64,000 nt of DNA from an uncultured Actinomycetota bacterium (GTDB taxonomy: Bacteria > Actinomycetota > Actinomycetes > Propionibacteriales > Nocardioidaceae). Position 1 is the first letter of the stretch, and each line of letters begins with the position of its first letter. This document shows, piece after piece, positions 1 to 10,818 of the stretch. A model generated the notes under the pieces. The model made no database searches, was not told the DNA's origin, and saw only the letters and a list, made by a program, of their open reading frames with translations. The position numbers were made by a program, and so were the translations under genes. Location of the stretch: positions 1,500,428 to 1,564,427 of the forward strand of contig CAWETD010000001.1 of assembly GCA_963811945.1 (NCBI GenBank). The letters run 5' to 3'.

Positions 1-3000
1 CAGCGCCATGTCCACGATCCGCGCGTTGGGCAGTCCTTCGTTGAAGGGCACCCAGGACGTGCCCGCGTCGCCGGAGCGGAAGACGCCGGCCTCGGTGGCC
101 GCGTACACGACGTCCGGCGCGTCCGGGTCGACCTCGAGGCCGTTCACCCCGACGAACCGGCCGGCACCGTCGCGCAGCCCGGCCTCCCGCGGCAGCCACG
201 TGACCCCACCGTCGGCGCTGCGCCACAGCGTGCCGCCCGCCCGGTCCCGTGCGCCGGTGTCGCGGTGCCCGAGGTAGACGATGCGCGGGTCCTCCGGGTG
301 CACGGCGACCGCGCCCACCCGGCGCCCCGACCGTGTCAGTGCTCGGAGCTGGTCCGGGGGCGGGGCCGCCCAGGTGGCGCCGCTGTCCCGGGACGCGAAC
401 ACCGCGCCCGAGGTGCTCCCGACCCAGAGCGTGTCGGGGTCGCTCGGCGCGGGGTGCAGGTCGACCGCCTGGCCTCGACGGAACAGCAGGTCGGTGACGT
501 CCGAGCGGACCCGGCGCACGCCGGCGCCGTAGCGCGCCCGGAGCCGGGCGGCGATCACCCGGCGGAGCTCCTCCACCGTGACCGTCGCCAGGTCCGGCAC
601 GTCGGCCGGGGTGTTGACGCGGACGACGATCGCCGCCCCGACACCGTCGTCGATGCGCAGCACGAGGGCCGTCGCTCCGGGTGGGCGCAGGTCGAAGGTC
701 TCGCCGTTGGGCGGGAACAGGTGCCGTTCCCGGCGGCGCCCTGTGCCCGCCGCTGCCCCGAGCCGCGGGAGCATGGTGCCCGCCAGGGTCATTCCGGCCC
801 CGGCCACCAGGAACGTGAGCTTGACCTGGCGGGTCCGGGACAGCTCGGTCACCTCGACGGCGGCCGGGTCGAGGACCGCCCGCAGCGCCGTGGCCAGCTC
901 GCCGGCCGTCGGTTCGGACGGGTCCGCGCACGTCGTCGCGTCCAGCCGCGCGTTGACCGCCGGGTCGGCGCCGACGGCGACGCCGACGGTGCGGTCCCCG
1001 GCCGGGCTGGGGTTGGTGCTGGCGCGGGTGTACGGCACCAGCGTCACGCTGGCGGGAAGGTCGGCCTCACCCGCGTACGTCCGGGCGCTGGCGCCCAGCG
1101 CCGCCACCGGCGAGCCGCCGGTCGTCAGCACGGTGAAGGCATTTCCGGACAGGGTCAGCCGGGTGGCAGCGCCGACGGCGCGGGTGGCGATGCGCACCGC
1201 GCCGGCGGGGCGCTCGAAGCACAGCCGCGCGTCCAGGTGCGGCGCCTGCGTCGCACGCAGGTAGGCCGCGAGCTGGGCGGGTGTGGTGCGCGCCAGGTCG
1301 GGGATGGTCGGGTGCGCCGCGATCGGCACCCGCCGAACCGTCCCGTCGAGCACCAGCACGAGCTCGTCGCCGCCGACGAGCGCGAACGGGCCGGGCTGCG
1401 CGCACACCACGCGCGCCGTCGCGCGTTCCTGCGGCTCGTCGTCGAAGGCCGCGCGCCGGGTGACGACGGTGTCGGTGGCCAGCTGGGGCGCAAGCCCGAG
1501 CACCCCTGCCGCACGGCTCGGCCGCACCTCGAGCGTCGCGCGCACGCCGATCGGCCGCACGTGCAGGATCTCCAACCGGTCCCCCACGTCCAGCGGCACC
1601 CACGTCTCCCCGGACGTGTCGGTGCCGTACAGCCGGCCCTCGCGGGTGTGGTAGGCGCGGCCCTTGTCCCTCGGGTGGTGGGCGGTGTCCGCCACGAAGG
1701 CGGCCGGATCGGTGCGCAGGAACCCGGTCGTGAGGGCGCGGGAGGCCAGCGGCACCGGTCGGTGCGCCTGGGCGGTGAGCACGTCGTCGACCATGCCGGG
1801 GAAGGACAGGCGGCTCACGTCGTTCTGCGAGGTGACGAGCATGCCGTACGCGTCGTCCGGCGCGAAGGCGACGAAGCCACCGTCACCGCCGCCGATCGAC
1901 GCCCACGACCGGCCGCCCGTCGTCACCCAGCAGCCGTTGTCCTGCAGCCCCACGGCCAGCGTGCCCGGGACGAACGGGTGCTGCGACATCGAGTACATCA
2001 TCGTCGCGTCGATGCCGTGCCCGCGCTTGCGCCAGGCGGCCGCCGTGTCCGGCACCTCGTCGTCGTCGGTGATCGCGATCCGGGTGACGCCGGCGATCAC
2101 GTCGTCGAGGTCCGCCAGTGGTCGCCACTCCTTGTCCGCGGGCGTCTGCGGCGCCACCGGGTGCCAGTCCAGCGACCGGCTGATGCCACCGTCGTTGGCC
2201 ACCCACAGCGCACCGCGCGGGTTGCCCGGGTCGTCCCGGAACAGTGCCGCGTGCTGGTCGGCATGATGAGCGCGGTCACGCTGGTTGTGGTCCCAGGCCA
2301 TGATCCGGATGAAGCCTGCCGCCACCGTCGGCGGTGCACCGGCGGCTGCCCGGTCGGCGTCGTAGGACAGGTGCAGCTCGGTCAGCCCGGTGAGCACCGT
2401 TCCCGGCTCGTGCGGGTGCACCGCGATGCACAGGTTGTACGACGCCTGGCCCGCCGTCGGCCAGTGCGGGTGGTCGCGCACCCGGTCCCAGCGGGTGCCG
2501 GCGGGCTCCGGCAGCGCCCGGGTGGCGAGCAGCGTGCGGAACAGCCCGAGGTGTCGCTCGCCGTCGGCGCGGGTCACCCGAAGGTAGGCGACCTCCGGGT
2601 GGTCGGCGCAGATCGCCAGCTTGGCCCGCGCGGGCCGGTCGCCGGCCGCGACGTCGGCGCCCGCGGGCGGCTGCACCTGCATGCGGTTGCCGGCCGCCGC
2701 CAGCCCGGCGTTGACGTCGGCGACCGAGGCCCGGGGAGGCAGCTCGAGGCGGATGATGCGGATCGAGCCGCGGGCGTTGCGATCGTCCGGCACCAGGTAG
2801 AGCAGCCGGTCGCCGGCGCCGCCCGCTGCCGGTGAGTAGACGACGTCGGTGAACCGCTGTCCGGCCAGGTGCTGGGACCATGCGCCACCGCCGTCGACGG
2901 TGCGGAACACACCGGTGGCGCCGACCGCCCAGCAGACCTCGCCGTCGTCGGGGTGCACGGCCAGCGCCTCGAACCGCAGCCCCAGGTTCGGCGCGACCCC

Positions 3001-3687
3001 GGGCGGGGTGGGCGCCCCGGCGACGTCCCAGGTGTCGCCGCCGTCCCTGCTGACGTGGATGCCGTCGCCCACGTACAGCCGCTCCTCGCTCTCCGGCTCG
3101 CCGGTGGCGGCGTAGACGATGCTGGCCGCGCCGACCCGTCCGACCGCGAGCGCGCCGATGGCGAGGCTGCGCTGGTCGTGCCAGAGCGACTCCCAGGTCT
3201 CACCGCGGTTGCGCGTCCGGTAGACGCCGCCAGCGGCAGCCCCGGCGTAGAGCGTGTCCGCGTCGACCGGGTCGCCGACCAGGGCCCGCACCCGGCCACC
3301 GACGTTGCGAGGTCCGGTGGGGACCCAGTTGTGCCGGGCCCAGATCGGCTCCGCGCCCGTGGTGGCGACCGGCCGGGCAGCCCGGCTGCCCGCGGCCACC
3401 GGTGGGGTGCCGCGGGGCACGGCGACCACGGGCGGCAGCTGCGTCGGGGGGTCGGCCTGCACGTCGTCGGGACCGGTCTCGTCGACGGGCGTGGGGGGCA
3501 GCGGCGACGGCGGGTCCTCGGGCGCCTCGTCACCCGGCTCCGGCTCGGCCGGCTCCGCCGCCTGCCCGCGCACGGCGGGCACCGACGGCCGGTCCAGGAA
3601 CCACTCGGCCTTGCTGGCCAGGTCGGCGTCGATGCGCCCGCCGATGACCGAACGGGTGGTCACGACCTCGGGGATCGGGTCGGTCAT
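1..3687 (-). CDS. BNR/Asp-box repeat beta-propeller protein (sortilin/GH74-like). The first 1229 codons are in the window and the 3' end runs off the left edge. It is the last visible gene of the tail operon.
   Basis: Absent from the ORF track because there is no stop in the window. My own minus-strand translation from ATG 3687 (ATGA overlap with the upstream stop) gives [13 protein letters not shown]... It contains Asp-box-like motifs YRTRNRGETW, HVSRDGGDTW, FRTVDGGGAW and FRSGDAGTSW, plus GLQDNGCW. The same frame is found at 3687, about 3240, about 2040 and 147. Confidence 0.8.
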   Translation of the reverse strand, partial: MTDPIPEVVTTRSVIGGRIDADLASKAEWFLDRPSVPAVRGQAAEPAEPEPGDEAPEDPPSPLPPTPVDETGPDDVQADPPTQLPPVVAVPRGTPPVAAGSRAARPVATTGAEPIWARHNWVPTGPRNVGGRVRALVGDPVDADTLYAGAAAGGVYRTRNRGETWESLWHDQRSLAIGALAVGRVGAASIVYAATGEPESEERLYVGDGIHVSRDGGDTWDVAGAPTPPGVAPNLGLRFEALAVHPDDGEVCWAVGATGVFRTVDGGGAWSQHLAGQRFTDVVYSPAAGGAGDRLLYLVPDDRNARGSIRIIRLELPPRASVADVNAGLAAAGNRMQVQPPAGADVAAGDRPARAKLAICADHPEVAYLRVTRADGERHLGLFRTLLATRALPEPAGTRWDRVRDHPHWPTAGQASYNLCIAVHPHEPGTVLTGLTELHLSYDADRAAAGAPPTVAAGFIRIMAWDHNQRDRAHHADQHAALFRDDPGNPRGALWVANDGGISRSLDWHPVAPQTPADKEWRPLADLDDVIAGVTRIAITDDDEVPDTAAAWRKRGHGIDATMMYSMSQHPFVPGTLAVGLQDNGCWVTTGGRSWASIGGGDGGFVAFAPDDAYGMLVTSQNDVSRLSFPGMVDDVLTAQAHRPVPLASRALTTGFLRTDPAAFVADTAHHPRDKGRAYHTREGRLYGTDTSGETWVPLDVGDRLEILHVRPIGVRATLEVRPSRAAGVLGLAPQLATDTVVTRRAAFDDEPQERATARVVCAQPGPFALVGGDELVLVLDGTVRRVPIAAHPTIPDLARTTPAQLAAYLRATQAPHLDARLCFERPAGAVRIATRAVGAATRLTLSGNAFTVLTTGGSPVAALGASARTYAGEADLPASVTLVPYTRASTNPSPAGDRTVGVAVGADPAVNARLDATTCADPSEPTAGELATALRAVLDPAAVEVTELSRTRQVKLTFLVAGAGMTLAGTMLPRLGAAAGTGRRRERHLFPPNGETFDLRPPGATALVLRIDDGVGAAIVVRVNTPADVPDLATVTVEELRRVIAARLRARYGAGVRRVRSDVTDLLFRRGQAVDLHPAPSDPDTLWVGSTSGAVFASRDSGATWAAPPPDQLRALTRSGRRVGAVAVHPEDPRIVYLGHRDTGARDRAGGTLWRSADGGVTWLPREAGLRDGAGRFVGVNGLEVDPDAPDVVYAATEAGVFRSGDAGTSWVPFNEGLPNARIVDMAL

Positions 3688-6227
3688 GGCACCAGGTCCA
3701 GCAGGAAGCGCACGGCGTCGGACAGCTCCCGGTTGGTGGGGGCGGCCGCACCGGCGCCCCCAGGGGGCAGCGGGGTGTACGGCATGCTCGTCGGGGCGTT
3801 GGTGTCCGCGGTGAGGTCGGCCGCCATCCGGCTCCACGCCCGGAAGGCGCCGACCCACCCGAGGCTGTCGGCAACCCTGGCCCCTCCCGGGGCGGGGCTC
3901 GCGTACCCCACCGGTGTCGGGATCATCGTGGGGTCGCGGTCGGCTGGCGCACCGCCCTTCTCGCTCGCGGCGCCCCCACCGACCAGCATCTGCCACTCCC
4001 CCAGGCGCCGGGTGTCGAGGTTCCACTGCCGGAACACCTGGTGCACGCGGCGCAGCGCCGGGTCGGGAGGCAGTGGCTGACCCGGCACCGGCGCGACCGC
4101 CAGCGGCGCGTCCGACAGGTGGCTTGCCGCACCCATGCACAGCAGGGCGGCGAGGTCCGAGGCCAGGCCGACGCCCGTGTCGTCGAGCTCGCCGAGCGCC
4201 ACCTCGGGCACCAGGGGGAAGCCCGCCAGCGTGGACGCGGCCGGTCCGCCTACTCCTACCGTCGTCGTCCAGCCCACCCGGGGCGCGTGCCGGAGCAGCG
4301 CTGCCCCCTCGGAGTCGTGCCCGAGCGGGATCACGTCGGCGGCGTGCGCGTCGTGCTCGGCGTTGGTCGGCCGCAGGTCACCAGGGTCGGCGAAGGTCGC
4401 CGGCCACGGCAGCCGGTACGCCGGGTCGGTGGCGCCCGTCGACTCCACGTGCAGCCCGGCGACGCCCGCTCCGGCGAGCAGGGTCACCACCTCGGCGACC
4501 GTCGAGCCGGCGGGGGGCAGCCGCACATCGACCGTGCTGCCGTCCCCGCGGGTGAAGGTCACGGTGTCGCCGTGCCCGGCCACCGCGAGTGCGACGCCGT
4601 CGTCCGACCACAGCCGGACCAGGGGCCGGGCGCCCGACGGGTAGCGGGCGTCGGCGAGGGTCGGCGCGGCCACCGCCGGGTCGTTCCAGAGGGTGGCCTC
4701 GTCGAAGACGCGGGCCAGTGCGGTGAGGCCGCCGACACCCGTACCCAGGCTGTCGGCCGGTGGCAGTGCGTCGGTGAACAGCCGGTCGATGGTGAACGAG
4801 TGCTGCAACCGCAGCGCCAGCACCACGGCCCCGATCAGCGACCCCACGGTGAGCAGGACGATCACGATCCACCAGACGGCGTCCTCGTCGATCAGCTTGA
4901 GCAGAGTGTCCAGCACGAGGTCCAGCAGGGCGGTCGCGAACGGCAGCAGCTGGAGCAGCATCACGAAGCCGTCGCCGCGGCGCCCGTCGCGGTAGGCCAG
5001 CCCCGCCTTGATCCCGGCGAAGGCGTCGGTGCCGAACTGCCCGAGCAGGAGCAGCCAGCGCAACAACGGGTGGTCGTCGTCCTCGGCGCGCAGCAGCGTG
5101 GTGACGGTCAGGCCCATCCGCGCCAGGAACAGGACCAGCGCGGTCACGAACAGCCCGGTGTGCTCGGGCACCTGGGACCACAGGTACATCGACCAGGCGA
5201 ACGGGGCGATCGACGCGACCCCGGCGGTGACCGAGAGCAGCTCCGACACCGAGCGCTCGGTGATGCTCGCACCGGAGGTGGTGAAGGCACCCGACGAGGG
5301 GAGCAGCCGGGCCACCAGCAGTCCGCCGGCGGGCGCGAGCGCCGCGGGGGACAGGACCAGCGCCCAGATCGGCCAGCTCCAGTCGGCCACGGCGGCTCCC
5401 GCAGCGACGGTCTCCTGGGCCGCGCGCAGTCGCTCCTCGGTGAGCTCGCCCTCCTCGCCCAGGCTCGCCTCGAACGCGGCGAACCCGTGCGGCCGGTTCG
5501 CGTCCGGACCGAACACCTGGGTGTACGCGGCCGCGTAGCCGGCGAGCAGGGCGGGTGGCACCTCGGCGGCCGTGGGTGCCCACGACCCCCACCGCGCGTC
5601 GCCACCCGGCCCGAGCAGCAGCCGCAGCAGGTGCGTACGCGCCAACCCGACCTCGACCGACGGGTCGCCCGGGCCGGGCTCGCGCCGGGTGCGGCGGGCC
5701 TGCAGGTCGCGGCGCAGCGGTCCGGTCACCACCTCGCCGGCTGCCGTGCTGAGCATCCCCAGGGTGTAGGCCCGGATCCGCGCCCGCTGGTCCGGGTCGG
5801 CGGTGCGGCTGAGCCCCTGCTGTCCGACGGCGAGGGCGAACTGCATGGCCCGGGTGACCACCGGCGACAGGTCCGGGTCGGGGCCGCCGGTGCGCAGCAG
5901 CGTGCTGCGCCACGCGGGCCCGGAACGGCCTTGCGCGAGCCCGGCCAGGTCGAACCCCGTGGTGCCGAGCACGGCGAAGCGCCCCAACGACGGGCGCAGC
6001 GCCGGCCCGGGCCGCAGGGTGACCGGGACCCCGCCACGGAGCATGTCGCGAGCGGCGGTCGCGAGCGCCAGCACCCGTCGCTCCGTCGCCCGCACCGTGA
6101 CCGTGCCGCCGCCGGCGTCGCTGGAGAACGACCGGGCGCGGACCTTGCGCTCGAGCTGGTCGACGAGGTCGGAGAGGCGCTCGTGGGTGAGCAGCAGGAC
6201 GGGCGGACCGAGCAGTGGTGGCGTCAC
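3684..6227 (-). CDS. Polytopic membrane protein of unknown function (847 aa) inside the tail operon
   Basis: Long ORF with normal actinobacterial composition. ATGA overlaps on both sides. A central block of hydrophobic helices (e.g. [70 protein letters not shown]) is flanked by soluble N- and C-terminal regions of about 300 aa each. Confidence 0.75.
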   Translation of the reverse strand: MTPPLLGPPVLLLTHERLSDLVDQLERKVRARSFSSDAGGGTVTVRATERRVLALATAARDMLRGGVPVTLRPGPALRPSLGRFAVLGTTGFDLAGLAQGRSGPAWRSTLLRTGGPDPDLSPVVTRAMQFALAVGQQGLSRTADPDQRARIRAYTLGMLSTAAGEVVTGPLRRDLQARRTRREPGPGDPSVEVGLARTHLLRLLLGPGGDARWGSWAPTAAEVPPALLAGYAAAYTQVFGPDANRPHGFAAFEASLGEEGELTEERLRAAQETVAAGAAVADWSWPIWALVLSPAALAPAGGLLVARLLPSSGAFTTSGASITERSVSELLSVTAGVASIAPFAWSMYLWSQVPEHTGLFVTALVLFLARMGLTVTTLLRAEDDDHPLLRWLLLLGQFGTDAFAGIKAGLAYRDGRRGDGFVMLLQLLPFATALLDLVLDTLLKLIDEDAVWWIVIVLLTVGSLIGAVVLALRLQHSFTIDRLFTDALPPADSLGTGVGGLTALARVFDEATLWNDPAVAAPTLADARYPSGARPLVRLWSDDGVALAVAGHGDTVTFTRGDGSTVDVRLPPAGSTVAEVVTLLAGAGVAGLHVESTGATDPAYRLPWPATFADPGDLRPTNAEHDAHAADVIPLGHDSEGAALLRHAPRVGWTTTVGVGGPAASTLAGFPLVPEVALGELDDTGVGLASDLAALLCMGAASHLSDAPLAVAPVPGQPLPPDPALRRVHQVFRQWNLDTRRLGEWQMLVGGGAASEKGGAPADRDPTMIPTPVGYASPAPGGARVADSLGWVGAFRAWSRMAADLTADTNAPTSMPYTPLPPGGAGAAAPTNRELSDAVRFLLDLVP

Positions 6228-9200
6228 GGCAGCGCCTCCTGCAGCTCGGACAGGGCGTCGCCGGTACGTACCAGGCCGTCGTCGAGCTGCGCCGCGATGC
6301 TGTCGAGGGCGGCCAGCACCGGTTCCAGCACCCGTCCGACATCGACCGCGGCGACGGCGGCGACCACCTCGTCGTACGCGAGCAGGGCGGGGCGGGCCAC
6401 GACGGTCGGGCGGAACTGCTCGGCGACCCGGGCCACGGCGTCGCGCATCGTCACGAGAACCGGCTCGACGCTGGTCAGCGGGTCGAGAGTGCGCACCGTC
6501 TCCACCAGCGCGTCGAGCTGGGCGATGGTGGGCTCCAGCAGGGTCGCCGGCCGCAGCTCCACCACCGTGGACCGGATGTCGGCCCAGACCGGCTCGATCT
6601 CGTCCACCACGAACGAGACGTCCAGCGCGTCGAGAACACCGGCGACGTCGTCCAGGGCGACCTGCAACGGCGCGAGCAGGCCCTCGCGGACGGCACGCAC
6701 GACCTGGTCGCGAAGGCCGGCGACGACGGGGATGAGCGGGGCGAGCACGCGCTCCGGCGGCGACGCGGCCAGCAGGTCCGCCACCGCGTCGCGCAGGTCC
6801 GTGCCGACCTCCACGCCCAGGCCCGCCAACAGGTCACGCAGCCGCTGCGGCACCACCGTGAGCGGTCGAAGCGCGTCGCGCAGCCCACGGGACACGGCGG
6901 CGAGCTCGCTGCGGCCGTCCGCGGTCATCCCGGCGACCAGGTCGGCGACCTGTCGCAGCAGCGTCAGGTAGCGCTCGCGGCCCGCGACCAGGGTGCCCAG
7001 GGTCTCCCGCGGGTCAGCACCCGCCAGCTCCTCGAGCACCCGTCCGCGCAGCACGCTGTCCTCCGGCAGGTCCGCGGCAGCGGCGGTCACCGCGTCGTAC
7101 GCCGTGGTGAGCGCGACCGTCAACGGCACCGGGTCGAGCCCGTCCACGACCTCGACCGCACGACCCAGCGCACCGGCCGCCTCCGCGATCCGGTCATGGA
7201 CGTCGGCCGCCGCGTCCACCGCTCCCCCCACCCAGCCGCGAACGGTGTCGAACGCCTCCGGACGGACCACGAGCGGCGTGGACTGCAGCAGCCCGCTGAC
7301 CAGCACGCCGACCCCGCTCGGGCGGTTGGGCTCCGGGCTGCGCACCGTGGCCACCAGGTCGTCCCACAGGCCGGCGAGCAGCGCGGCGAGCGGGGTGAGG
7401 TCGACCCGCGCGGCCAGCGAGTCGATGACGCCGTCGGCCGCGTCGAGACGTTCCTGCCAGGTGTCGAGGGCGAGTGTCTCGCGCACGGAGCCGACGGTCT
7501 CCGACACCTCGCCGAGCACGGGCTGCAGCAGCACCGACGGCTGCAGTGCGTCGACGACGTCGAGCACGGAGTCGAACGCCGCGTCGACGGGAGCGAGGAG
7601 CTCGCGCAGGTCGACGGTGCCGAGTGCGGCAGCGGCCTCGGCGAGCAGGTCGTGCACCGGCGCCAACGCTTCGGCCGGGTCAAGCGCGCGCACCTGTGCG
7701 AGGAACGGGTCGAAGACCTCCGCCTCGAACGTGACCAGGGCCCCCTCCGGATCGTGCTCCTCGAGGAACGCGACCACCTCCTGCTGGGCCAGCCGTACGC
7801 CCTCGAGCACCGCGACGTCGACTCCGGCACGGATCTCGTCCAGCTGGGCCAGCAGCGGCACCACCACCTCGGCGTCGAAGTCGATCGCCTTGACCGGGGC
7901 GGTCGCCTCGCTCAGGTCGGCTCGCACGTCGTCGGGCAGCAGGTCGACCGGGACCGCGGCGACGACGTCGGCCGTCGTCTCCATCACGTCGACGGCGGTG
8001 TCGAAGTACGGCGAGAGCTCGGCCGACTGCAGCGCCGCCACGACCGGGTCGAGCGCGGCCTGGATCTCGGCGCCCAGCTCGGCGAGGTGCAGGCCGGCCA
8101 CGAACCCGCGGACCCGCTCGAACGCGGCGGCGACGTCACCGGCGGCGTCACCGATGTGTGCCTCCACGTCGGCCATCTGCGCGGTGATCGTCTCGGCGAC
8201 GGTGCGTACCGCCGCCTCCGCAGCGCCCACGACCTCCTCGACGGAGCGGATCGCCGCCTCGACCGGGTCCAGCACCAGCCGGATCGCGTCGACGACCGCC
8301 GTGGCGTCGAGCGCCGACGCCGCCTCCAGCACGGTGTCCAGCGCCGCCCGCACGACGGCCACGACCTCCCTCGCGCGCGTCTCGATCTCCCCCAGCGCGC
8401 CGAGCCCGGCGCGGACCTGTGCCGTCACCGGCTCGAACAGTGCCGCCGGGTCGAGGTCGTCGACAGCGTCCGCCAGCCGGCCCGCGACCGCGGCGACCTC
8501 GTCCCACAGCAGGTCGGGGCTGGGCGCGCGGACCGGCACCTCGAAGGCCAGCACCGGGGCCAGCCAGCCGGACAGCGTGCGCGCGAGGTCGGCGACCGCC
8601 GGCACGTCGTCCTCGACCACCTGCTCGGTGGCTGCCCGCAGCCGCGCGTCGAGCGTGGGTACGTCGACGGCGACCAGCGCCGCCTCCCCGAACCCGAGGC
8701 CCGTACGCAGCAGGTCGACCGTCGCCTCGATGGTGCCCCGGACCTCGCGCGCCATGGTCGCGATCCGGTCGGCCTCGACGGCGTCATGAGGGTCGGCGGC
8801 ACCGATGGCGGCGACCACGACCGAGCCGTTGGCCAGGGCTGCGACCCGGGCCCGCGCGGCGTCGACCCGGTCCTGGTCGAGCAGCCGCTCGACGCCGGAC
8901 CCGAGCACGGACAGCTCGCGCACCGCGCTCTCCGCCGCCATCAGGGCACCGACCAGGCGGACCAGCGCGGCCAGGCCGGGGGCCGGGCCGCGCACCAGGT
9001 CGAGCACGTTCTGCAGCGACAGCCCCGGGACCAGGCCGGTCAGGGCGTCCACGCTCGAGGCCACCTCGGGCTCGGCGAGGACGGCCTGCAGCCGCCCGAA
9101 CGCAGCAGTCAGGGACCCGAGCCCGGTCGCGGGCGGGCCGGCGGCTCCCGTCGTCGCCATCCGGTCGAGCAGGCCGCGCGAGCCGGGGTCGAGCAGCAGC

Positions 9201-9493
9201 CGCACCGGCACCAGCAGGTCTGCCAGCGGACCGAGCAGCTCGCCGGTTGCCGGCAGCCGGGCGAGCGTGCCGGCGGAGTCCTGCGTGGCTCGGGACACCG
9301 CGCCCAGCAGGCCGGTCGTGTCCAGCTCGCCGAGACCGTCGAGACCGGCGGTGACCTCGCCGAGGTCGAGCGCCGTGCCCGGCAGCTCGATGTCTGTGAC
9401 CTCGGTGCCCACGTCGGCGACCACCGAGGCGAGGTCGAACCCGTCCTCTCCCAGCAGGGTGCCGAGCCGCTCGCCCAGCGGCGTCGCTGTCAT
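6224..9493 (-). CDS. Large Ala/Leu/Val/Asp-rich, predicted alpha-helical degenerate-repeat protein (1089 aa), function unknown
   Basis: Start reassigned to ATG 9493 ([11 protein letters not shown]...), which forms an ATGA overlap with the stop of the upstream gene. The 86-aa Arg-rich N-terminal extension in the ORF track looks spurious. Recurrent L-x-P-V/L...LD...V motifs occur ([46 protein letters not shown]). Confidence 0.75.
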   Translation of the reverse strand: MTATPLGERLGTLLGEDGFDLASVVADVGTEVTDIELPGTALDLGEVTAGLDGLGELDTTGLLGAVSRATQDSAGTLARLPATGELLGPLADLLVPVRLLLDPGSRGLLDRMATTGAAGPPATGLGSLTAAFGRLQAVLAEPEVASSVDALTGLVPGLSLQNVLDLVRGPAPGLAALVRLVGALMAAESAVRELSVLGSGVERLLDQDRVDAARARVAALANGSVVVAAIGAADPHDAVEADRIATMAREVRGTIEATVDLLRTGLGFGEAALVAVDVPTLDARLRAATEQVVEDDVPAVADLARTLSGWLAPVLAFEVPVRAPSPDLLWDEVAAVAGRLADAVDDLDPAALFEPVTAQVRAGLGALGEIETRAREVVAVVRAALDTVLEAASALDATAVVDAIRLVLDPVEAAIRSVEEVVGAAEAAVRTVAETITAQMADVEAHIGDAAGDVAAAFERVRGFVAGLHLAELGAEIQAALDPVVAALQSAELSPYFDTAVDVMETTADVVAAVPVDLLPDDVRADLSEATAPVKAIDFDAEVVVPLLAQLDEIRAGVDVAVLEGVRLAQQEVVAFLEEHDPEGALVTFEAEVFDPFLAQVRALDPAEALAPVHDLLAEAAAALGTVDLRELLAPVDAAFDSVLDVVDALQPSVLLQPVLGEVSETVGSVRETLALDTWQERLDAADGVIDSLAARVDLTPLAALLAGLWDDLVATVRSPEPNRPSGVGVLVSGLLQSTPLVVRPEAFDTVRGWVGGAVDAAADVHDRIAEAAGALGRAVEVVDGLDPVPLTVALTTAYDAVTAAAADLPEDSVLRGRVLEELAGADPRETLGTLVAGRERYLTLLRQVADLVAGMTADGRSELAAVSRGLRDALRPLTVVPQRLRDLLAGLGVEVGTDLRDAVADLLAASPPERVLAPLIPVVAGLRDQVVRAVREGLLAPLQVALDDVAGVLDALDVSFVVDEIEPVWADIRSTVVELRPATLLEPTIAQLDALVETVRTLDPLTSVEPVLVTMRDAVARVAEQFRPTVVARPALLAYDEVVAAVAAVDVGRVLEPVLAALDSIAAQLDDGLVRTGDALSELQEALP

Positions 9494-10818
9494 CCGGCAC
9501 GCACCTCCAGCCACAGCCGGAGGATGCCGCCCGGCCTGGCGGGCGGCTCGTCGACGTCGGGGAGCAGGAAGGCGGCGCTGCCGGACACCGGGCGGCCGTC
9601 GGTTCCGACCAGCAGGTCGGCGCACACCTCCACCCAGATGACGCCACCGGTCTCCGCCACCAGGCTGCCCAGCAGCTTGCGGTCGTCGGTTCGGATCGTC
9701 CAGTTCAGCGTCGGACCGGGTTCGGGCACGACCTGCCCGTGCAGCGCGCACACCGGGGCCAGCGTCCCCTCGGGGGCGCAGCTGACCCGGACCAGCCCGG
9801 TGAGCACCGGTCGGGCCCGGTCCAGGGCCAGCTCGCCGTCGAAGTCGATCGCCAGCCGGCTGAGCTGGGCCAGCGCGTCGGCGAGGACCAGCGGCTCCCT
9901 CGGCTCCCAGCTCAGCCGTCGCGCCCGGATCAGGTCCAGCCGCCCGCCCTCACCGGGAGGTCCCTGCACCCCCTGCGGTCCCCGCTCCCCGCGCGGCCCG
10001 GCCTCGCCCGGCGGGCCCGGCTCGCCCTGCGTCCCCGATGCACCCGGTGCACCCGGTGCACCTTGCGTGCCCGGCTCACCGTTGGCGCCGGCGGCGCCCG
10101 TCTCTCCCCGCGGACCCGGCTCGCCCTGCGGCCCCGATGGCCCCGGCTCGCCGGGGTCGCCCGGCTCGCCGGCGGGTCCTGGCGGACCGGTCTCGCCGAC
10201 AGTCCCCGGCTCACCCGGAGGCCCGGCCGGACCGGCCGGACCCGCGGGTCCCTCCGGCCCCGGATCGGTCGCGCTCGCGACCAGCGGGCCGTCGTAGCGC
10301 CAGGTGCCGGCCGCGTCCTGGAAGTGCTCGCCGGTGTGACCGTGCTCGGCCGGCGTCAGGTAGTGCACCCCGTCGTAGCCGGGGCTCACGCCGCCGTCGT
10401 CCCGGGTCAGGACGGCGACGGTGAGGGTGTCGGCGTCGTCGGGTGGGTCCCCGGGCAGCACCTCCACCGCCGTGTCGAGGTAGACGATCGTCGGCTGGTC
10501 CCCCATCCGGGCGGCGGGGTCGTCGTGGTTGGTCGCGCGCAGCACGACGCTGAACGGCCCGGCACCGTCCGGCACGGTGAGCGCTGCGCCCTCCTCGACC
10601 CGCAGCGGGCGGCCGCCCGAGGTCACCGCGAGGCCGGGCGACAACGAGACCGTGGCGTCGGCCCCCACCTCGATCCGCAGCCCGTACGCGACCGCACCAG
10701 TGCCGGCCGTCCGCCGCAGGTCGTCCGCGGCCTGCTCGGCCGTGGCCTGCGGGTGCTCCAGGTGTGCGGCCGTGACCAGGAGACCGTCCAGGAACCGGGT
10801 GCGCTGCGGGTCGCTCAT
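9490..10818 (-). CDS. Collagen triple-helix-repeat protein, tail-fibre-like (442 aa)
   Basis: 35 uninterrupted G-X-Y triplets (residues 187-291, [19 protein letters not shown]...GPPGEG) sit between globular N- and C-terminal domains. It lies distal to the baseplate genes and has ATGA overlaps at both ends. Confidence 0.85.
   Translation of the reverse strand: MSDPQRTRFLDGLLVTAAHLEHPQATAEQAADDLRRTAGTGAVAYGLRIEVGADATVSLSPGLAVTSGGRPLRVEEGAALTVPDGAGPFSVVLRATNHDDPAARMGDQPTIVYLDTAVEVLPGDPPDDADTLTVAVLTRDDGGVSPGYDGVHYLTPAEHGHTGEHFQDAAGTWRYDGPLVASATDPGPEGPAGPAGPAGPPGEPGTVGETGPPGPAGEPGDPGEPGPSGPQGEPGPRGETGAAGANGEPGTQGAPGAPGASGTQGEPGPPGEAGPRGERGPQGVQGPPGEGGRLDLIRARRLSWEPREPLVLADALAQLSRLAIDFDGELALDRARPVLTGLVRVSCAPEGTLAPVCALHGQVVPEPGPTLNWTIRTDDRKLLGSLVAETGGVIWVEVCADLLVGTDGRPVSGSAAFLLPDVDEPPARPGGILRLWLEVRAG
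9946..10260 (-). repeat. In-frame collagen-like (GXY)x35 coding repeat
   Basis: Direct count of Gly at every third residue over 105 residues of the 442-aa ORF. Confidence 0.9.

Noticed and set aside
9946-10260. Possible CRISPR or other non-coding repeat arrays (the collagen region, and the 9-nt and 15-nt repeats at 20003-20291)
   Set aside because: All are in-frame coding repeats with no spacers. No CRISPR-like repeat-spacer structure or cas gene occurs in the window.
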